Part shown: one piece after another, positions 57,772 through 64,000 of the stretch
Layout: each line of letters begins with the position of its first letter
How positions within the stretch are numbered: position 1 is the first letter of the stretch
DNA from: Phycisphaerae bacterium
Lineage (GTDB): Bacteria > Planctomycetota > Phycisphaerae > UBA1845 > Fen-1342
Direction: 5' to 3'
NCBI GenBank assembly: GCA_963675745.2
Contig: CAXXWX010000026.1
Span: forward strand, 576,001-640,000
Length of the DNA stretch: 64,000 nt
Program-made: the position numbers and the translations under genes
Notes under the pieces: model-generated
What the model was told of the DNA's origin: nothing
Database searches by the model: none
What the model saw: only the letters and a program-made list of their open reading frames with translations

Positions 57772-60102
57772 CTATGAGCCGCCTGTGCTCGGGATCACTC
57801 GCCGCCACCAACGTCGCCATTGTTCAGAGTCTGCGTACTCACTTGCGACATTGTGGGCCGGCGCCAGGCGACACAGGTTGAGATCCCTGTCGACAATCAC
57901 CGCGGGAACGGGAAACACGGTGCGTTCACCGTTGGCACTCTGGTCGCTCGTCACGAGGAAGCTCACTTGGATCAGCAAATCCGAATCAGATTCGGAATGT
58001 CGCGGCGTGAGTCTTATGTGGTCAATCTTCCACTTGCAGGTTGACCGTGCGATCACTTGGCCATCACCGTCTGAGGGTCGTAACCCAACGGAGCGCACAC
58101 CGTAGCCGCCAGGCTGATCCAGGAATGCGTATGCCTTGGGCGCGGCACCGGTTTGTTCTGAGAGCGTCCCCATAGCGGGGGGCGCGACGCCAGCAAGCTG
58201 GCGTGGATCGAGCACCATCAACGCCGGTACCCAGTCCCAGTGCGCCTCGGTCGCCTCGTCGAGCAACGACTGCTCAGTGGCTTTGTCCAGCAGGTTATTC
58301 CAGCCCCAGGCCAGGACACCAGGCTGTCCATCGCCTAGCAGATTGGGCAGGATACGCAAGCCTGTGATGTGGCCGGGATGCCAGAACGTCTGCTGGACTC
58401 GTCCGGTCAGAGGATCGATCAGCGATATGCGAGCCGGGTAGTAATCAGCATCCTGAGCCACCACGAGCAGTTCATCGCCGGGTGCATCGTCGAGATTACC
58501 GGCGACCACCTGCCTCACGTGCCACCAGCGCGCACGCGAGTCGCAACCCGGCCAATCCCATTCGGGATGCAGCGCTGTTCGCCAGAGCTCCCTTGCGTCT
58601 TGGCTGAATCCGAGGAGCACGGCGCCAGCATCATTCACAGGTGCGCGCAGTCCGACGACTACCACGCCGCGCGACGCTGCATGCACCGCTTCGGCGCAAA
58701 CCAGCGGCTGGTCGCCGAACTCATCGAAAGAACGGAAGGTGTGCCACTCCGTTTCGTTAGCCTTCCGAATCTGCACTACATTCCCCAACTCAGCGTCGAT
58801 TCGGGCTGCTGTAATGTCAAACGCCGTTGTCCAGACGGATGACCAAATGAACATCACAACGCCAACGGCGGCCAGCGCAACGACCGCCGCCGCGCCGTAC
58901 GACCGCTTGCGTCGAATGGTGAGACGGCAGATCGGGTTCGCAGATTGCATCAGGTGGAGCACGGCGTTGCAGTTTGGTGGACGGTCCCGGCGACCTTTCG
59001 CCATAAGTCGGCCGGCAATGATCGCCAACCGTGGATCAACACGACTCTGGAAACTACGCGGATCCTTCGGCTCCTCGTGCAGTATCCGATGTATCACCGC
59101 ACTCGGCGTTTCCGCTCGGAACGGCGTGTGCCCCGTCAGCATTTCGTACAGCACCACGCCCGCCGAATAGAGGTCGGTGCGGTGATCGATGTCCTCGTCG
59201 CCGCGGGCCTGCTCGGGTGACATGTATTCCGGCGTGCCCATGATGCCGTCGCCGGTGGTCAGCCGGGTCTGCGCGGTCAGCATGCGTGCCAGGCCGAAGT
59301 CGGCGAGTTTTATCAGAGGCAGGGAACGGGGAACGGGGAACGGGGAACGGGTTGCGCCGTCACTGGACGCCTTTTCCGATCGCGCAGCCTCTGTTCCCTG
59401 TTCCCCGTTCCCCGTTCCCTGATCCCTGCTTTCCACCAACACATTCGCCGATTTCACGTCCCGGTGAATCAGCCCCGCCGCGTGGGCCGCGGCCAGCGCT
59501 TCCAGCAGTTGGCGAAATACGGCGCGCGTCGCGTCGGCGTCGAGCGGGCCGTGTTCGCGAATCAGGTCGGCGAGTGTGCCACCGGTCACGTACTCCATCG
59601 CTATGTAGTGCGTGTCACGCTCGCGCCCGATCGCGTGGACCGTGACGATGTTCGGATGGTGCAGAGCCGCCGCCGCTTTGGCCTCGCGTTCAAACCGCTG
59701 GACGGCGGCCGAATCATCAGCGAGATCGGGGCGCAGCAGCTTGAGCGCGACGGTGCGGTTCAGGCTCTCCTCATACGCCTTGAGCACGATGCCCATGCCG
59801 CCGCGCCCGAGCGTACCGGTGATCTTGTAGGCTCCGAATTCGGCCAGATAACGCCCATCGGCGCACGGCGACAGGACGCGCTGCCGCAACAGCGACTCGA
59901 TCCGCCCGTCATCCGGTTCCAGCTCGACAAGCAGCGCCAGATGTTCGCGCAGTTCGTCGGCAATGTCGGCGTGTTCGGCAAGCAGGGCCTGTTCCGACAC
60001 ATCCTCGCCGCGCGCACGGCGGTCGAGATATGCGTTCAGTACCTGTCCGACGCGCGCGTCGCGAGCGTCGGCGGTAAGTTGCGTTTCGCTTGAGCCGGCC
60101 AC
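57772..60102 (-). CDS. Hanks-type Ser/Thr protein kinase with TM helix and extracellular FG-GAP-like region
   Basis: LGRGGMGIV, VALK, HPNIV, HRDVKSAN, DFGLA, GTPEYMSPEQ, DLYSAG; TM helix; GNLDDAPGDELLV. Confidence 0.93.
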   Translation of the reverse strand: MAGSSETQLTADARDARVGQVLNAYLDRRARGEDVSEQALLAEHADIADELREHLALLVELEPDDGRIESLLRQRVLSPCADGRYLAEFGAYKITGTLGRGGMGIVLKAYEESLNRTVALKLLRPDLADDSAAVQRFEREAKAAAALHHPNIVTVHAIGRERDTHYIAMEYVTGGTLADLIREHGPLDADATRAVFRQLLEALAAAHAAGLIHRDVKSANVLVESRDQGTGNGEQGTEAARSEKASSDGATRSPFPVPRSLPLIKLADFGLARMLTAQTRLTTGDGIMGTPEYMSPEQARGDEDIDHRTDLYSAGVVLYEMLTGHTPFRAETPSAVIHRILHEEPKDPRSFQSRVDPRLAIIAGRLMAKGRRDRPPNCNAVLHLMQSANPICRLTIRRKRSYGAAAVVALAAVGVVMFIWSSVWTTAFDITAARIDAELGNVVQIRKANETEWHTFRSFDEFGDQPLVCAEAVHAASRGVVVVGLRAPVNDAGAVLLGFSQDARELWRTALHPEWDWPGCDSRARWWHVRQVVAGNLDDAPGDELLVVAQDADYYPARISLIDPLTGRVQQTFWHPGHITGLRILPNLLGDGQPGVLAWGWNNLLDKATEQSLLDEATEAHWDWVPALMVLDPRQLAGVAPPAMGTLSEQTGAAPKAYAFLDQPGGYGVRSVGLRPSDGDGQVIARSTCKWKIDHIRLTPRHSESDSDLLIQVSFLVTSDQSANGERTVFPVPAVIVDRDLNLCRLAPAHNVASEYADSEQWRRWWRRVIPSTGGS
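59320..59428. repeat. Palindromic heptamer-repeat element in frame within the kinase
   Basis: (g/a)gggaac x4 ... ctgttccctgttccccgttccccgttccctgatccctg. Confidence 0.85.
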
Positions 60103-60296
60103 CCATACCCCAATACGATTGGCGCCCGATCAGACTCGTCAGTCCCTGAACCACCAGCCTAGCCTCGTCTGCCCGGTGATCCAAGCGCGAATCCGCTATT
60201 ACGCCAAGCGCCGGTGCGCGGTTGGCGAGCGCAAGCGGCCGGCGTGGCATTGAGGCCCGCGTCGGGACGTTGCCCGCTCGGATATATCTCGACGGC

Positions 60297-62177
60297 TCAG
60301 TCCGCCGGCGGCTTTTCCTCGAGCACGATGTTGTTGTATTCGAGCAGCGTGCCCTTGGCGCGCTCCAGGTCGATGATGCCGGTGTTGTAGGAGATCAGTA
60401 CCTGGAGCAGTCTGGTGCGGCTGCTGGAAAGCTGCTCGACGGCGCTCAACTCGGTTTCGAGGAAGCTGGGATTGATCGACGTCGCGCGTGCCTGGAGCGA
60501 GCGCAGATTGCGTTCGCTGGACTGGACGGCGCCGAGCTGCTCGGGCAGCTGGGCATAGCGCACGATGATCGAGCGCACGCTCGAATTAACCTCCTGCACC
60601 ACGCCGTCCATGATCTGCTCGAGCTGCACGGTCGCCTGAGATTCCTGCAAACGCTGGCTGCGCAGCGCGGCTTGCCGCGCACGGTTCCCGAACGGGTACG
60701 AGAACTGCACACCAACACCATATGAGATGAAATCGTTCTGGGACATGCGATCCCAGGCGTTGTCGGCGCTGGCCGCCGCGCCGTGCACGTCATAGCTGAA
60801 CGTCAGGTCCAGTTGCGGTAGCGTCTGGTTTTTGGCGGCCGCGGTCGAGATGCGCAGGGCCTCGATGCCCAGACGGGCCTGTCTGATTTCGCTGCGTTTC
60901 TCCAGAGCCGTCCGCACCTCGGCAAACTGGTCGAGCGTCAGGGGCGTCGCGAGGGGGATATCAGTCGGGATGATTTCGATGTCTTCCGAGAGCTTCAGCT
61001 CGGGATCGTTGATGAGGTTCTTAAGGGCTTCCTCGGCATCCTTCAGTATCCGCACAGACTCGAGAAACTCAACATAGCGAATCTGGTAGCGCGCCTCGGA
61101 GTTGGCGATCTCAACCGGCGTGACGTCGTGCTCGCGGCGCTCGTATATGTCTTCCTTCGTGACCCAGTTCTGCGCGACGGACTCGGCCAGGATCGCCAGA
61201 TTGCGCCGCGCCTGCACCAGGCTCCAGTAGGCCGTTTCCAGGGCCTGCAACTGGTCGCGTACCTCGGCGACGAATTGCCAATACGAGACCTTGCGGTTGG
61301 TACGCGCGATCTCGATCTGCGATCGGTTCACCTGCAGCCCGAAGCCGCGCAGCAATGGCTGTCGCAGCTCGGCCGTGAAGTGCACGCCATAGGACGGGTT
61401 GGTGCCCTTGGGCAAGTCGGGTGAATCGATGCCGGTGCGTGAGTAGTTCATGCCGACCTGGGCGGACATACCGGTCGCCAGCAGCTTGCGAATCCCGCCG
61501 CCAAGCGTGCGCGAATCGACCTGCTCGGTCCCGGAGCGCACAATCGCGTCGGCGTCCTGCTGCTGATAGCCGGCATCGAGGAAGAACTCGGCGTCAAATG
61601 CGGCTTCAGCCTCGACAAGTTGCGCGGCACGGATCGCCGGGTTATAGCCGTGAATGCGGATTGTGTAATTGTGGCGCATGGCCCGCTCGACGCAGTCCGC
61701 GAGACTGAGCCTGATCTGCCGCGGCCGCCGGCAGCTTTCGAGATACTGCTCGGCCCTGGCGATAACCTTCTTGTAGCTCTCGACAACGCGTGACTCGGCG
61801 GTCAACACGCCCAGGGCGTCCAGACGCCTGTTAAACGTACTCGCGGCTTCAGTCGGATCGGGGATGGCGGCGAGAAGCTCTTCGGCGGTGGGCTGCTGGC
61901 CGGCGGTCGCGCCGACAGGTAGCGCCAGGCGCGGCTGCAAACCGGCACTATCATCGGCCGGCTGCACCAGCGGCTCGCCCTGCTGCATCTGGTGAATCCG
62001 CCGCGCCACCTGCGCGGATGTTGCGCCCGGCGCGTTGTCGGCTTCGTCGGAGTGCCGGGCAAGCATGCGCTCGCGGTACGCGCTGATTGGACCGTCGGTA
62101 TCGGCCTGGTCTCCGTAGCAACCGTTGAGCACGACGAGGCCAAAGGCGATCGCGCCGTATGCGAGGATTCTCCCCAT
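60297..62177 (-). CDS. TolC-family outer membrane lipoprotein
   Basis: Lipobox VLNGC after ATG 62177; LSLADCVERAM.HN, ELRQPLLRGFG, AYWSLV, LPQLDL, FSYPFGNR, IIDLERAKGTLLE. Confidence 0.85.
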   Translation of the reverse strand: MGRILAYGAIAFGLVVLNGCYGDQADTDGPISAYRERMLARHSDEADNAPGATSAQVARRIHQMQQGEPLVQPADDSAGLQPRLALPVGATAGQQPTAEELLAAIPDPTEAASTFNRRLDALGVLTAESRVVESYKKVIARAEQYLESCRRPRQIRLSLADCVERAMRHNYTIRIHGYNPAIRAAQLVEAEAAFDAEFFLDAGYQQQDADAIVRSGTEQVDSRTLGGGIRKLLATGMSAQVGMNYSRTGIDSPDLPKGTNPSYGVHFTAELRQPLLRGFGLQVNRSQIEIARTNRKVSYWQFVAEVRDQLQALETAYWSLVQARRNLAILAESVAQNWVTKEDIYERREHDVTPVEIANSEARYQIRYVEFLESVRILKDAEEALKNLINDPELKLSEDIEIIPTDIPLATPLTLDQFAEVRTALEKRSEIRQARLGIEALRISTAAAKNQTLPQLDLTFSYDVHGAAASADNAWDRMSQNDFISYGVGVQFSYPFGNRARQAALRSQRLQESQATVQLEQIMDGVVQEVNSSVRSIIVRYAQLPEQLGAVQSSERNLRSLQARATSINPSFLETELSAVEQLSSSRTRLLQVLISYNTGIIDLERAKGTLLEYNNIVLEEKPPAD

Positions 62178-62857
62178 GATCGTGTACCTGCCTTGGAAGT
62201 CTGATTGAAGGGACACTCTTGAACGGGACGTCGCGGCGCGCGACGGCGTGACAGCAAAGCTACGCTCGCGATCACATTGGCGCCACGGCTCGACCTGTGC
62301 GCCGGCGCAGCAAAATCGCGCGCCCAAAACCGATGCACTCCTGAACAGCATGCGCGGCATAGTAGGTGGCGCAAAAACGAGTGTCAAACCGCGGAGGGCC
62401 TTTGCGCCGGCGTCGCGCGTCAGGCAAGGCGCAAGATCAGCGCAAAAAAGTGGGCCGGCGGTCGGGACGTGTGGGGGGGGACACGTGCACCAACACAGAC
62501 CGGCCCGGGGCTCGGTTGCAGAATATCGTACACCTGGAAATGTACGATGACATGCTCCGATACGCAAGCCCGCAGCGCCGAATTTTACGTATTCTAGATT
62601 CTTCAAAGACTGCAATTGTCGGCATTGGCGATGGCTGCACCCAGAGGCTCACGGACGCAGCAACACTACGGATCGTCCAGCATTTGCACGCCGCCCCATC
62701 CGTTGATTATGGGGCTTTCAGCTTGCTCGTGAGTGGGCGGCGTCCCCGCTCACGCCGCCTAATTCACCACTCACCTCCGCCTGGTCGATGAGCGGCACGG
62801 AACCGATTTGCGCCCGGCGCGGCCAACGCGCCGAACCAGGAATGGCATTGAGATGCT

Positions 62858-64000
62858 ATGACCGCCGCTAAACATCAACGTACATGGCTCAGCCTTGTCT
62901 GTGACGACGCCGGAGCGACGCTGTGTGCCGTACAAGGCAACACGCGCGACGCCGTGTTGCGCGCGCGTACCTGCATTGAATGGGACCGCGAGACGCTGCA
63001 CAAGCGCGGCGTGTCGAGCGAGCTGGAGGCCTTTGTCGCTGAGCAACAACTCCGCGGCGCTGATGCCTTTGTGGCTTTCGCCGGCGCGGGGAGCATCGCG
63101 CAGAGGCTGACCATGCCTCCGCTCAGCGCCAAGAACCGCGAACGTGCCGTGCGAACGCGACTGTCGAGCTATGCGGGCGGGCGCGATCTGGTAACAGACA
63201 TCCAGGTGCTGAAGAACCGGCCACAACGTGACAACAAAAGCACGGATGTTCTGGCCTGCGGCGTAGACAGTCGCCTGGCGCGTGGCCTGCTTCGTGCCGG
63301 CCGCAAGGCGGGCTTGCGCATGCGCCGCATGACCGCACTTGCGTCCGCGATTGGGCCGCCCGACGGCGCGAAGGTCTCCATCCAACTCCTGCTAGGTCAA
63401 CGCACCAGCACGGTACAGCTCTTTGATGAATACGGTCTGATGGACTGCCGCGACGTGCTGCTCGGCCGGCAGGATTTCGTGGCCGCGTATCAGCGGCCAA
63501 TCCTGACCAGCGATGGGCCGCTGACGCTGGATCAGGCACAGGCGGAAGCGTTGCTCACCGAGGTGGGCATCCCGGTCGGACGTGAAGACGAGGTTCGTCC
63601 CGGCATCGCCGCCGCGCAGTTGTGGCCGACACTCAACCCACCGCTCCAGAAGCTACAGCGCGAACTCGAACAGAGCCTGTCGCAACATGAGACGCTCGCC
63701 GGTGAAGAGATCATAGTCCAGGTTTTGGCGGCGCCCGCCATCCCCGGCCTGTCCGAGTTTCTTGCCGAGCAACTGGAGCTTCGAGCGCCATCGACACCGG
63801 ACAACCAGATCGAGAGTCGCTTCCTTGAGGCACTTGGCGAATCGAACGTCGATTCGGCGGGCATCGACCTGCGACCGCCGGAGGAACGCCTTGGCGCCAA
63901 GCTGACGCGACCGGCAATGGCGGTCGGGCTGTGCGCATTGGTGGTCATATTCGGAAACGCGAGTGTCCCCCGACAGGCGCACGCCGCAGTCAGCGTGCTG
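62858..64000 (+). CDS. PilM-like pilus/T2SS assembly protein with a following TM segment, running off the window end
   Basis: Not in the ORF track; manual translation from ATG 62858 gives MTAAKHQRTWLSLVCDD...QRLTMPPLS...DVLACGV...AGLRMRRM...QLLLGQRTSTVQLF...CRDVLLGRQDF, an actin-like PilM pattern; hydrophobic AMAVGLCALVVIFG near the end. Confidence 0.6.
   Translation, partial: MTAAKHQRTWLSLVCDDAGATLCAVQGNTRDAVLRARTCIEWDRETLHKRGVSSELEAFVAEQQLRGADAFVAFAGAGSIAQRLTMPPLSAKNRERAVRTRLSSYAGGRDLVTDIQVLKNRPQRDNKSTDVLACGVDSRLARGLLRAGRKAGLRMRRMTALASAIGPPDGAKVSIQLLLGQRTSTVQLFDEYGLMDCRDVLLGRQDFVAAYQRPILTSDGPLTLDQAQAEALLTEVGIPVGREDEVRPGIAAAQLWPTLNPPLQKLQRELEQSLSQHETLAGEEIIVQVLAAPAIPGLSEFLAEQLELRAPSTPDNQIESRFLEALGESNVDSAGIDLRPPEERLGAKLTRPAMAVGLCALVVIFGNASVPRQAHAAVSVL

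Noticed and set aside
62178..62615. N-terminal extension of the TolC ORF (and likewise 17253-17453 for czcC)
   Set aside because: The lipoprotein signal peptides begin at 62177 and 17252; the extensions look non-coding or overlap another gene.
62180..62857. Riboswitch (c-di-GMP-I-like gcaaagctac) in the long intergenic region
   Set aside because: The upstream GNRA-loop stem and downstream elements could not be found; an Rfam scan would settle it.

Overview
High-GC bacterial chromosome segment. The secreted Cys/Asp-repeat, dockerin-tailed proteins, ECF sigma factor and Ser/Thr kinase style suggest Planctomycetota (Phycisphaerae-like); this is inference only. In order it contains: csrA and two flagellins with CsrA-type GGA hairpins; a PfkB kinase; a lipoprotein with a clan-CD-like His/Cys dyad; tdk plus a CNT nucleoside transporter; a GNAT; a czcCBA-type RND operon; two tandem modular secreted proteins with an identical leader; TPR and VanZ-Mth938 fusion genes; DUF1080 plus a Gfo/Idh/MocA oxidoreductase; a NAGPA-like protein; a GT-C-like gene that looks internally deleted; a complete class IIC group II intron inserted after the terminator of tRNA-Asn(GTT); a pilT / membrane-anchored pseudo-ATPase / CvpA-like operon; two paralogous secreted proteins flanking an ECF cluster; PilB/GspE; a kinase with an in-frame palindromic repeat insert; TolC; and a truncated PilM-like gene. 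The best candidates for an undescribed system are (1) a family of six secreted proteins built from exchangeable domains, DCNGNG linkers and dockerin-like tails in two classes, and (2) the PilT + pseudo-ATPase + CvpA operon. About eight frameshifts cluster at 44.5-53.9 kb and are most likely assembly errors. All family assignments are by eye from motifs; no searches were run.
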